From a virus (lineage: Duplodnaviria; Caudoviricetes), in IMG/VR virus record IMGVR_UViG_3300032239_000241, positions 1 through 40,486 of that record: a stretch of 40,486 nt of DNA. One strand, written 5' to 3'. The notes beneath the pieces are model-generated. The model searched no databases. It worked only from the letters and a program-made list of their open reading frames with translations, and was not told the DNA's origin. Shown one piece after another: positions 7,683-16,960 of this stretch (positions within the stretch are counted from its first letter, which is position 1; each line of letters starts with the position of its first letter). A program made the translations under genes and the position numbers.

Positions 7683-9950
7683 TTGAATAATTCCCCCGAA
7701 ATTGAAAATATCATTGAACGAGCAATTGAGTCAGCAAAACAAAGAAACCATTTGTATTGCACAGTTGAACATCTGCTCTGGGCTCTGATCACGCACCCTC
7801 CGTTCAAGAAGTGCCTAAACAGTTTTAATGTTGACACTGATCTTATGATTAGTGAAGTTGAAGCATACCTAAACGGTCTTCATGCGATTGAATCTAAAGA
7901 AGCTGATTGTCAACCACGCAAGACTAATACACTTGAACGTGTAATGAATCGTAGCGTGACACAAGTTCTATTCACTGGTCGTCATCAGATGGCTACGATT
8001 GATCTTTTCCTCAGTATCATTCATGAAGGCAATACACACGGTCATTACTTTTTATTGAAGTACGGCGTGGATAAGAACACGTTTACCCCGCACTGGCAGA
8101 AAACTTATAAGGGTGGCGACTATTCTGGAACTATCACGCCTAATCAGGCTGATGAAATTCTTGAAGAGTTCACAATCAATCTTACTGCACTCGCTCGGCA
8201 AGACAAACTTGAACCAGTCATCGGTCGTACTAAAGAGATTGATGATATTATCAATGTTCTCGCGAAGCGGTTCAAGAGTAACGTTTTGATGGTCGGTGAT
8301 CCTGGCGTTGGTAAGACTGCTATCGCTGAGGGCATCGCGCAATCAATCGTCAATGATGAGGTTCCTGATTTCCTTCAAGGATACGAGTTGTATTCTCTTG
8401 AGATCGGTTCATTGCTCGCAGGCTCACGCTATCGCGGCGATTTTGAAGAAAAGGTTAAGCAGGTACTTGACGCACTCGCAATCAAGAAGAAGGCTATCCT
8501 TTTCATTGACGAAGCACATACTATGCAGGGCGCCGGTAGTGCTTCTAATGGGTCAGTTGATTTCGCAAACATGATCAAGCCTGCGATCACTAAGGGCACT
8601 CTGAAGGTCATCGCTTCTACGACTTGGGAAGAGTATTACGAATCCTTTGAAAAGGATCGTGCTTTAATGCGTCGTTTCTATCGTATCTCTATTGACGAAC
8701 CATCTGAAGAATCTACTGTTCGGATTCTCAGCGGTCTTTCAACTCGTCTCAATGATTTCCACAGCGTATCTATTTCTGAGGAAGCTATTGCAGCAGCAGT
8801 TGAATGTTCTGCACGTTACATCCATGATCGTAAGAATCCAGACAAGTCCATTGATCTGCTGGATGCTGCATGTGCGAAGCAGAGAGTTCTCATGAATGTC
8901 GGTGCTGTCATCACGAAGCAACTCATTCACGAACAAGTAGAGAAGTTCACGGGTGTACCTGCTGATAAGATGTCTGATGACAGCTTTGAGCGTATCAATA
9001 CCCTGGACTTCAATATCAAGAACAAGCTCTATGGTCAAGATGAGACCGTAGATAAGGTTCTTGAGCGGGTCTATGTATCGTTTGCTGGTATCGGCAACGA
9101 TAAAAAGCCCATCGCAAGTTTCTTGTTTCTTGGCCCAACAGGCACAGGTAAAACAGAGTTGGCTAAACTGCTGTCTAAGAATCTAGACATGCCTCTTCTC
9201 AAGTATGACATGAGTGAGTACAGTGAGAAGCACAGCGTAAGCAGTTTGATCGGTCCTCCCCCTGGTTATGTAGGCTTTGGTGATTCACAAGTTCAAGGTG
9301 GACGCCTAATTTCAGACTTGAGCAAGAATCCTCACTCTATCCTACTGTTTGACGAAGTTGAAAAGGCACACCCTGATATTTTCAACATCTTCTTGCAGAT
9401 GCTAGACGAAGGCCGTATCACTGGATCTAATGGTAAGGAAGTGTCGTGTAAGAACACACTCATCATCCTCACTTCAAATCTGGGTTCACAAGACGGTGAT
9501 CGCAACAACATCGGGTTCGGGGATCAGACGAAGACCGGCGAAGATGACAAGGCTCTCAAGCAATTCTTCAAGCCTGAGTTCCGTAATCGTCTTGATATGG
9601 TCTGCAAGTTCGGCAAGTTGGATACGCTGTCTATCAAGAAGATCGTCATCAAGTTTGTTGAAGAATTGAAGCGTCCCTTGCTTGAAAAGCACAACATTAC
9701 TCTCAATCTGAGCGAGCCTGTTGTTGACTATCTTGCAGATAAGGGGTATGATAGCAAGATGGGTGCAAGGCCGCTCGGTCGTAAGATTGACGAGATGCTG
9801 CGGGTTCCTCTATCAAAGAAGATTCTCTTTGAGCGTATCAGCAATGCGAATGTGATGGCAGTACTAGAGAACGATGAAATCGCATTTACTGTGACAAACA
9901 AGCAAGCAGCACATGTTGGGGATGATGGTATCATTGAAGTCGGAAACTAG
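7683..9950 (+). CDS. clpA: ClpA-like Hsp100 AAA+ unfoldase
   Basis: Clp N-domain (TVEHLL). Two AAA modules: GDPGVGKT/FIDEAH and GPTGTGKT/FDEVEKAHP. YRGDFE and GYVGF pore loops, IGF ClpP-docking loop (NNIGFG), GARPL. No ClpB middle domain. TTG start; ACTAAATA at 7648-7655. Confidence 0.93.
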   Translation: MNNSPEIENIIERAIESAKQRNHLYCTVEHLLWALITHPPFKKCLNSFNVDTDLMISEVEAYLNGLHAIESKEADCQPRKTNTLERVMNRSVTQVLFTGRHQMATIDLFLSIIHEGNTHGHYFLLKYGVDKNTFTPHWQKTYKGGDYSGTITPNQADEILEEFTINLTALARQDKLEPVIGRTKEIDDIINVLAKRFKSNVLMVGDPGVGKTAIAEGIAQSIVNDEVPDFLQGYELYSLEIGSLLAGSRYRGDFEEKVKQVLDALAIKKKAILFIDEAHTMQGAGSASNGSVDFANMIKPAITKGTLKVIASTTWEEYYESFEKDRALMRRFYRISIDEPSEESTVRILSGLSTRLNDFHSVSISEEAIAAAVECSARYIHDRKNPDKSIDLLDAACAKQRVLMNVGAVITKQLIHEQVEKFTGVPADKMSDDSFERINTLDFNIKNKLYGQDETVDKVLERVYVSFAGIGNDKKPIASFLFLGPTGTGKTELAKLLSKNLDMPLLKYDMSEYSEKHSVSSLIGPPPGYVGFGDSQVQGGRLISDLSKNPHSILLFDEVEKAHPDIFNIFLQMLDEGRITGSNGKEVSCKNTLIILTSNLGSQDGDRNNIGFGDQTKTGEDDKALKQFFKPEFRNRLDMVCKFGKLDTLSIKKIVIKFVEELKRPLLEKHNITLNLSEPVVDYLADKGYDSKMGARPLGRKIDEMLRVPLSKKILFERISNANVMAVLENDEIAFTVTNKQAAHVGDDGIIEVGN

Positions 9951-10596
9951 ACCTAATTTATACTTTAACAAGTATAAGTATCGGGCATCTATCATCGTCC
10001 AGAATCTGCGTTATGCACAGTTTAATAAAACGTTTGAGCAGTTTTTGGAGTTTATTGAAGAGGAAACTAAAGTTTCTTCTACTAGGTACTGGCATAGAGC
10101 TATCAATCCTAATTCTCCTGCTGAATTTGACACGATCCGAAACACGATAGAATACCGTAACAGAGTTCAGGCTATAGAAGGCGTTACTATCAGAAAGGAA
10201 TACGACAGTATATCTTTCTATAGTAACGACCTTGATCTGCTGAAAGAGATATGGACATTCAATCCAAAATCATGCATCAGTGAAGTAAAACTCATGCCCA
10301 CTGGCGTCATGACATTTTCTAGAGAACCGATACATCAATATCGCACTTACCTAATCAACAGAAAAATTGAAAGTACTTCAAGAGATGAACTCGCTGATTT
10401 GGTGAAAAGAACGAGGGGGGTAGAAATGTCCGGGTCACTAGCCCGCTGGTTAGCACGGAAGTCCCGTTATGCTCACGATTATTCTAGTGAAAAATATTTT
10501 CTAGAGTATGATGACCCTGGTATATTGACTATATTAAGTCTGGTTTGCCCCGAACTTCTCGGTAAATCTTATAAATTAGAAAAGCGTTATGATTGA
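9913..10596 (+). CDS. hypothetical protein (true start may be ATG 9922/9925)
   Basis: 227 aa ORF overlapping the end of clpA. Confidence 0.7.
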   Translation: MLGMMVSLKSETRPNLYFNKYKYRASIIVQNLRYAQFNKTFEQFLEFIEEETKVSSTRYWHRAINPNSPAEFDTIRNTIEYRNRVQAIEGVTIRKEYDSISFYSNDLDLLKEIWTFNPKSCISEVKLMPTGVMTFSREPIHQYRTYLINRKIESTSRDELADLVKRTRGVEMSGSLARWLARKSRYAHDYSSEKYFLEYDDPGILTILSLVCPELLGKSYKLEKRYD

Positions 10597-10627
10597 ATAA
10601 ATACTCTAATAAAACGGAGTATTTAAC

Positions 10628-10792
10628 ATGGCAAGAGTCCTTGAAGACGTACTTGTACTCAAACTAAGCAAATTAGTAAAAGACGACTCAACCGAAATCG
10701 GCATTATCACTGAAGAGATACAGGCTGCGCTAGAACAAGTAGCCGCAGAATTAGTAGGTGAAGGTATAATTGTAGAGGCCGTGAGAGCGTAA
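10628..10792 (+). CDS. small acidic protein, 54 aa (MARVLEDVLVLKLSKLVKDD...IIVEAVRA), missing from the ORF track
   Basis: AATAAATA late promoter at 10596-10603, GGAG RBS, TAATG overlap with the next gene. Confidence 0.8.
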   Translation: MARVLEDVLVLKLSKLVKDDSTEIGIITEEIQAALEQVAAELVGEGIIVEAVRA

Positions 10793-11145
10793 TGTCTCAG
10801 GGCGTAACTCTACAATTATTACCACAAACGGCCTATCATAATCCGGGCAACGGGGCGCCCTACACTGTTACAGGCAATGCCCAACCTGCTGCCTCGTACT
10901 ATCTTGGAAATCAAAATCTTCAAACAATAAATATCTCTACCACGATGTCTACAGGCAACATCGTCATTGAAGCCACATTAGCAAGTAGACCGGTAGAAGC
11001 AGACTGGTTTCCAGTCTACAACCTTCCAACAAGCAACACTAATACTTCAATGTATACTAATATTACCGGTACCTTTGTGTATATGAGGGCCGTAATACCA
11101 GACTTCAGCTACGGCGGAGTCAATTACATTAACCTATCCTATTAA
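10792..11145 (+). CDS. hypothetical beta-sandwich protein, likely structural
   Basis: 117 aa, T/N/Y-rich, translationally coupled. Confidence 0.65.
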   Translation: MSQGVTLQLLPQTAYHNPGNGAPYTVTGNAQPAASYYLGNQNLQTINISTTMSTGNIVIEATLASRPVEADWFPVYNLPTSNTNTSMYTNITGTFVYMRAVIPDFSYGGVNYINLSY

Positions 11146-11158
11146 AGAAAGAGAAAAT

Positions 11159-11344
11159 ATGGAAACTACAATCAATATCAAGGCACAGTTTGAAGCATTC
11201 GTTGCTGAGAATGAGAAGTTTGAGAAGGGCAATGCAGCCGCAGGTACCCGCGCTCGTAAGGCATTAGGTGATCTTGCTAAGTTATGCAAGACTCGTCGCA
11301 GTGAAATCACTGATACCAAGAACGCTCGTAAAGAAGAAAAGTAA
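11159..11344 (+). CDS. histone H1-like Hc1-family small DNA-binding protein
   Basis: EKFEKGNAAAGTRARKALGDLAKLCKTRRSEI matches the Hc1 N-terminal family pattern (KGNxAAGxRARK). Confidence 0.75.
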   Translation: METTINIKAQFEAFVAENEKFEKGNAAAGTRARKALGDLAKLCKTRRSEITDTKNARKEEK

Positions 11345-12078
11345 TGTTGTTAACTGAAGGCGGAAATGTTGTACCGGGCGCAGTCTCTCTAAAGAGAGAA
11401 AACTTTGCTACGGCTATGAAAAACCTTCAGGATATCCTGCCGCGTGGATTAAATCTATATCCGATCGGCAGTGCAGGGAAGAAAGAGATATCAAGTGATA
11501 TTGATGCCCTCGTTGACGCTGAAGAGTTGATGAGGGCCTTTCCTGCAAAGGATTTAAAATCTAGCAGAAAAGAACTAGAAGATTATTTTAAGGAGAAAGG
11601 TTTATTCTCAGCAAGAACTGGTGTTAGTGTACACGTTGGTGTCCCCTCCGGAGCCGGTGATGATGTTGTTCAAGTAGATTTAATGGCTGTAGAAAATGCG
11701 AAAGCAGCACAGCCATTGCATACGCATGACTATTCTGATCCGACCATGAAGGGTGGAACATTACACGCAATGTGGGCTGATTTAGCTAAACTAAGTAAAG
11801 TTCCAGGTCACGTAAGTCTGATGATGAGTCCTTATAAGGGCTTAGTGGATAGAGAAACTAAAGAACTAATCACTAATGATAAAGATGAGATCGCAAAGAT
11901 CATCATAGGACCATCTGCTTCAGCGGATGATATGGGTAATCCAACCAAGATGCTAGCAGCATTGAAGCCTTACCCTGAAAAATATAATGAGATCAAACAG
12001 AAATATGCTGCCGAAGATCCGATTACTGAAGGTAGCAGAGAATGGTTTAGATTTATAATGGATCATGTTATACTATGA
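11344..12078 (+). CDS. DNA polymerase beta-superfamily nucleotidyltransferase
   Basis: IGSAGKKEISSDIDALV (hGS...DxD) and a third Asp in VQVDLM. N-terminal MLLTE tag. Confidence 0.75.
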   Translation: MLLTEGGNVVPGAVSLKRENFATAMKNLQDILPRGLNLYPIGSAGKKEISSDIDALVDAEELMRAFPAKDLKSSRKELEDYFKEKGLFSARTGVSVHVGVPSGAGDDVVQVDLMAVENAKAAQPLHTHDYSDPTMKGGTLHAMWADLAKLSKVPGHVSLMMSPYKGLVDRETKELITNDKDEIAKIIIGPSASADDMGNPTKMLAALKPYPEKYNEIKQKYAAEDPITEGSREWFRFIMDHVIL

Positions 12079-14597
12079 GAATCCTAGAGGCAATCGCTCC
12101 TAAGGTTGGACGTAAGTACCAACATATTGAAGATTTGATACTAAGTCACGGCTCACACGGTGGTCTACATGCAGTCCAAAGATTGCATAATATGGCCGAG
12201 CAGGGCGGAACTATTGAACTCAAGTGGGACGGTATGCCTGTAGTATACTGGGGGCGTGATGAAGAAGGAAACTTCGGCATGATTCCTAAGAATGCATGGG
12301 CATATCTAAAGAGCGGTAAAACACAGACAGCATCTGGTGCCTCTACTATTATGAGAGATCCAAAAGATGTAAAATTGTTTGTATTGGGCACTGGTGGAGG
12401 AGATCCTGCAGCTAGAGAAGCATTCGCTAATCAGTTTGCTAGTCTATGGCCTTATTTTGAACAGATAAGTCCTAAAAAAGGATATCTAGAAGGCGGATTA
12501 TTATTCTATCCAGGTACCAAACCAGATGGCGCATCTGCGATGCCTGTGCTTACTAAAGAGACTAACACTTACGACTTTACTCCTAACATTACTACTTTCC
12601 ATGTTCCGGCAGACAGCGAATTGGGTAAGAAGATTTCTAAAGCAAAAGTAATGGTAGCTGCTACCGGATATTTCCAAACTTTAGGATCGGCAGATGAACA
12701 GAGATTTCCTAATGCAGAGAGTCTAAGCACTCCGGACGTGATTGTCCAAGGTACTACTTATGTGCAGAATCCTGTTAAAGTAGATCAAGAAGGACTTAAG
12801 AATCTAGCAAACTTCATCAAAACGAATGCAAAAAAGATTGATGATTTCCTCGCTCCTAAGCCGGGCATGAACAATCCAGGCGCGGAGTTATATTCATATC
12901 TAAACAAGCATTTGCGTACAGAAGGATTGGTAAATGATTTTCCATCCTGGGCTAAATCAAATCTAAGTACCAAAAAAGCAGAGACTTTACTCGCTGACAA
13001 AGAAGGCTTGAAAGCAACACTGGGCGCAATAGAATCTCTTGGTATTCATAAGCAACTATTGATTGACGAATTGAGCCAAGGACTACATGGTGGAATCAGA
13101 CAGACTAAGCCAGAAGGATACGCGCAGAGTCATCCTGGCGCCAGATTTGATAATGATATTCCTGGGCAATTCATAAAGACTATTGATCAGAAGAATTGGT
13201 CCCCGAAAGAATCAGCGATGAATAATGGTACAGCTATAACTGAAGATCAAGCACAAGGCAAATCAGCCGTTCTAGGTTGGGGTCGCGGCATGGGACATAC
13301 AGGACATGATGCACTCGTGATCGCAGTACTACATCAAGCAGCAGTATCTAACTCAACACCTTTCTTCATCGTATCACGCAGTTTCGGCAAAGATGATCCT
13401 ATTCCACCTGATATGAAGTTGGCGATGTATCAGAAGAAGTTTCCTAAACATGCTGATATGTTTAGTTTACCAACAGCAGATAAGCCTTCGCTCAACGATG
13501 TGCTAGCAGACCTAGCAACCAAAGGGTTTACTGATATAACACTCGTAGTTGGTGCTGATCAGAAAGAAGCATTTGGATATCTCACTCGCCCTGACAAATC
13601 AGGAACAGAGCCATACAAGAAATTTGGACTGAATAGCTTGACTATCATGAGTAGACAAGATACGAAGGCTCCTGGCAGTGATACCGAAAGTCCCAACTAT
13701 CACGAAGGGCCAAGAGCAACACCCATGCGTGAAGTCCTGTTGGATCCCGACAAGACTGAAGAAGAACAGTTCGCTGTATGGAGACAGGCAATCAGTCCTA
13801 AGCTAAACGACAAGGAAGTATTACACATGATGAACACTGCAAAAACAAACTTAACTCAGTTTCACGCTGCGAAACCAAAAGGCCGCAAGCTAAAAGAGTT
13901 CATTCAGCGTATCCAACCTCTCATTGTTTCTGAATCTACTCCGTATAACGTGAAGATACGCCTCATCAGTATGTTTAACCAGGCATCAAAGCAACTTAAT
14001 GAAGAGAAAAAGCCGGAATTCATGAAGACCGGTAACATGAAGCCATTTACTGCATCTGGCAAAGAGAAGCCAGGGGCAGTAGAAATGCTAGAACGAGCAT
14101 TGTTGAAAGCGAAAGAACGCGGAACCAAACTCAACTATGAAAATATTGACAAGATGATGCAACTAGTCAGTAAAAAACATAATTTGACCGGAGATAAGTT
14201 ACACAAGGACTTTGTAAAGAAGCATCATATGATTCCAGACAATTGGGTAAAGAAGCAAGAGATAAAAAGTCGCACATCAAACAATCCTAAAGGTATTGCT
14301 GAGAGTACAAGAAAGCCAACCCACAAGAATCATAGAGATATGACTATTGTTAGTGATCTAGGCGACAACTATTATCTATCAGCAGACAAGCAAGAAGATG
14401 ATGATAAGCGTTGGGTTGATTACGCAGTTTGGACTAAGGTTCCGGACGCTGATGATATGTATACTTTTGTAAATTTTGTCAATGTAAGTTCTCGGGCAAC
14501 TCGTGAAATATTTGACAGCAAAATTAAAGAAATCATCGCAGCCGACAAAGCTGAAAATAATGTGTCCGAATCTTACGATTATTTAGAAGAAAAATAA
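12075..14597 (+). CDS. multidomain protein: KxDG ligase-like nucleotidyltransferase, HxGH (cytidylyltransferase/NMNAT-like) domain, and C-terminal modules
   Basis: ELKWDGMP (ligase motif I), later PEGYA and FIK. GRGMGHTGH, DPIP, LVVGADQ and RATPMR are HUP-fold motifs. N-terminal MRILE tag. Confidence 0.7.
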   Translation: MRILEAIAPKVGRKYQHIEDLILSHGSHGGLHAVQRLHNMAEQGGTIELKWDGMPVVYWGRDEEGNFGMIPKNAWAYLKSGKTQTASGASTIMRDPKDVKLFVLGTGGGDPAAREAFANQFASLWPYFEQISPKKGYLEGGLLFYPGTKPDGASAMPVLTKETNTYDFTPNITTFHVPADSELGKKISKAKVMVAATGYFQTLGSADEQRFPNAESLSTPDVIVQGTTYVQNPVKVDQEGLKNLANFIKTNAKKIDDFLAPKPGMNNPGAELYSYLNKHLRTEGLVNDFPSWAKSNLSTKKAETLLADKEGLKATLGAIESLGIHKQLLIDELSQGLHGGIRQTKPEGYAQSHPGARFDNDIPGQFIKTIDQKNWSPKESAMNNGTAITEDQAQGKSAVLGWGRGMGHTGHDALVIAVLHQAAVSNSTPFFIVSRSFGKDDPIPPDMKLAMYQKKFPKHADMFSLPTADKPSLNDVLADLATKGFTDITLVVGADQKEAFGYLTRPDKSGTEPYKKFGLNSLTIMSRQDTKAPGSDTESPNYHEGPRATPMREVLLDPDKTEEEQFAVWRQAISPKLNDKEVLHMMNTAKTNLTQFHAAKPKGRKLKEFIQRIQPLIVSESTPYNVKIRLISMFNQASKQLNEEKKPEFMKTGNMKPFTASGKEKPGAVEMLERALLKAKERGTKLNYENIDKMMQLVSKKHNLTGDKLHKDFVKKHHMIPDNWVKKQEIKSRTSNNPKGIAESTRKPTHKNHRDMTIVSDLGDNYYLSADKQEDDDKRWVDYAVWTKVPDADDMYTFVNFVNVSSRATREIFDSKIKEIIAADKAENNVSESYDYLEEK

Positions 14598-14654
14598 TTT
14601 CACCCCTCTTACGCCGTGTAAATATCATTATAGTTTGCAACAGAAGAGGACTAC

Positions 14655-15602
14655 ATGGCAAAGAATACTAAGAAGACGCCCGCAGCAGAAGAAAAGACTG
14701 TTCCGGTAGAAAAGATCCAGGAAATCGCTGAACAGGCAGCAGCCGAGCAACAAGCTCCGGTTGAAGGTCAAATTCAAGTTAATGTTGATTTCCTACGCAC
14801 GACTAAGGTGCACATCGCAATGCCCTGCTACGGTGGCATGTTAACAGAATCTACATTCATGTCATTCATCAAGTGGGCAAATACTGCCCGTCAGCTTGGT
14901 ATTGACTGGACCCTAGAGACCATGGTTAATGAGTCACTCATCAGCCGCGCTCGCAATACGCTAACGGCAAAGTTCTTGGACATGCCTGAGGCAACTCACT
15001 TGTTCTTCGTTGATGCTGACATCGGTTGGGAACCCTGGCATTTGCTAGTCCTCCTGAATCGTGACGTTGATGTCATCGGTGGTCTATATCCAATGAAGAC
15101 CATGCCTATCAAGTGGGTCGTCAACGGATTTGAAGGTGCTGAAGAAGGCACTGATGGTCTTCAAGAGGTCTCTAAGGCAGGCACGGGCTTCCTTCTTATG
15201 AAGAAGCACGTATTTGAAAAGATGAACAGTCACCCAGCAGTCAAGCAGTACAAGAATGACATCGGTCTTGATCCTAAGTACGATCAATATCTAAAGACAT
15301 ATTTTGATACTGCTGTACGTCAGAATCGTTACTACAGTGAAGACTGGACGTTCTGCGAAAACTGGCGTGATATCGGTGGTAAGATTTGGGTTGACAAGCG
15401 AGTTCTGCTACGTCACTCCGGTTCTTATGTATTCTGCATGGAGAATCAACAGCATCTCATGAGCAGCATTGGTCCGATGTATGTTCAAGAGCAGCAAAAT
15501 ATCGCCGCCCAAGCAGCACAGGCTCCGGTCAGTGCTCCTCTCTCACCCGAAGAAGCAGCAGCAGCAGCCGCAGCTTCAGCAGGCATTTCTGCTGTAGCAT
15601 AA
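14655..15602 (+). CDS. GT-A fold glycosyltransferase-like protein
   Basis: IAMPCYGG, SLISRARN, FFVDADIGW (DxD), GTGFLL, SEDWTFC, LRHSG. GAGGA RBS; GTAAATA upstream. Confidence 0.75.
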   Translation: MAKNTKKTPAAEEKTVPVEKIQEIAEQAAAEQQAPVEGQIQVNVDFLRTTKVHIAMPCYGGMLTESTFMSFIKWANTARQLGIDWTLETMVNESLISRARNTLTAKFLDMPEATHLFFVDADIGWEPWHLLVLLNRDVDVIGGLYPMKTMPIKWVVNGFEGAEEGTDGLQEVSKAGTGFLLMKKHVFEKMNSHPAVKQYKNDIGLDPKYDQYLKTYFDTAVRQNRYYSEDWTFCENWRDIGGKIWVDKRVLLRHSGSYVFCMENQQHLMSSIGPMYVQEQQNIAAQAAQAPVSAPLSPEEAAAAAAASAGISAVA

Positions 15603-15626
15603 TACTTGCCACGACAGTAAGTAATC

Positions 15627-15656
15627 AAGGGGCTTCAGAAATGAGGTCCCTTTTTT
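15627..15656 (+). terminator. rho-independent terminator
   Basis: GGGGCTTCA-GAAA-TGAGGTCCC stem (two G-U pairs) followed by TTTTTT. Confidence 0.85.
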
Positions 15657-15663
15657 ATTACTT

Positions 15664-15671
15664 ACTAAATA
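15664..15671 (+). promoter_or_regulatory. T4-late-like promoter (ACTAAATA) driving the P450
   Basis: TAAATA core between the terminator and ATG 15693. Confidence 0.6.
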
Positions 15672-15692
15672 CTTTAACAACTGAGAACAAAA

Positions 15693-16943
15693 ATGAATTT
15701 CAACACAGAAGAATATCAAAAACTTGCCCGTGAAAAAGCATATGCTACGCCGCTGATAGATTTCATGATGATTGATCCTAGTAATTTTCAAAATAATACA
15801 CATTGGCATTACTTTGCGAGATTAAGGAAAGAGGATCCAGTACACTATTGCAGCGAGAGTCCAGTAGGACCGTATTGGTCAGTAACTAAGTTTAATGATA
15901 TAATGTATGTTGACAGCAATCACCAGCTATTTTCATCAGAAAAATCAATCACTGCATTTGATCCATTAGATGATTTTTATCTTCCTAATTTTATTGCCAT
16001 GGATCCTCCGAAACACGATGCACAGCGAAAAGTAGTGAGTCCGATGTTTGCCCCCAACAATCTAGCTAAACTAGAATCTTTGATCAGGGAACGTGCAGGA
16101 AAGATACTAGATGAACTCCCGCTCAACGAGACATTTGACTGGGTAGATCGTGTTTCTATTGAATTAACGACACAGATGTTAGCAACATTATTTGATTTTC
16201 CTTGGGAAGATCGGCGCAAATTAACCTACTGGTCCGATATTACGACTGCTGGCCCTGGCAATCCGTTGTTTGTGTCAATAGAACATCGCCGCGAGCAGTT
16301 AATTGAGTGCGTGACATATTTCACACGCCTTTGGAATGAGCGAGTAAATGAAGAACCTAAAGGTGATCTTATCTCCATGCTTGCACACGGCGAAGCTACT
16401 AGAAATATGGATATGATGGAATATCTCGGTAATCTTATGCTATTGATCGTCGGTGGCAACGATACTACGAGAAATTCTATAACAGGTGGTCTATTATTCC
16501 TCAATCAGAACCCACAAGAATATCACAAACTAAAAGCTAATCCCAAATTAGTTACGAGCATGGTTCCAGAAATAATCCGCTATCAGACACCACTGGCATA
16601 TATGCGCCGGACTGCTACAGCAGACACTGAAGTGGGCGGCAAGTTGATTCGCAAGGGCGATAAAGTTCTAATGTGGTATGTGTCAGGCAATAGAGATGAT
16701 GAAGTCATAGAAAATGCTGACGCCTTCATTATTGATCGTGAACGTCCAAGACAGCATCTATCATTTGGCTTTGGTATACATCGTTGTGTCGGCAATAGAT
16801 TGGCTGAGATGCAGCTTAGTATAATCTGGGAAGAGATTCTCAAGCGATGGGAATTGCCAGAAGTAGTGGGGGAGCCTAAGTATGTTCATTCTAGTTTTGT
16901 CAATGGGTACGAGAGTTTGCCAGTTAGAATAAATACTATATAG
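15693..16943 (+). CDS. cyp153: cytochrome P450, CYP153-like (alkane/fatty acid omega-hydroxylase family)
   Basis: FIAMDPPKHDAQR, I-helix LLIVGGNDTTRNS, EIIRYQTPLAYMRRTA (ExxR), heme motif HLSFGFGIHRCVGNRLAE. Confidence 0.93.
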   Translation: MNFNTEEYQKLAREKAYATPLIDFMMIDPSNFQNNTHWHYFARLRKEDPVHYCSESPVGPYWSVTKFNDIMYVDSNHQLFSSEKSITAFDPLDDFYLPNFIAMDPPKHDAQRKVVSPMFAPNNLAKLESLIRERAGKILDELPLNETFDWVDRVSIELTTQMLATLFDFPWEDRRKLTYWSDITTAGPGNPLFVSIEHRREQLIECVTYFTRLWNERVNEEPKGDLISMLAHGEATRNMDMMEYLGNLMLLIVGGNDTTRNSITGGLLFLNQNPQEYHKLKANPKLVTSMVPEIIRYQTPLAYMRRTATADTEVGGKLIRKGDKVLMWYVSGNRDDEVIENADAFIIDRERPRQHLSFGFGIHRCVGNRLAEMQLSIIWEEILKRWELPEVVGEPKYVHSSFVNGYESLPVRINTI

Positions 16944-16960
16944 ACCTTAGGATCAAACAA

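Noticed and set aside
15554-15582. GCA trinucleotide run as a phase-variable repeat
   Set aside because: Short, in-frame poly-Ala in a disordered tail; slippage would not shift the frame.
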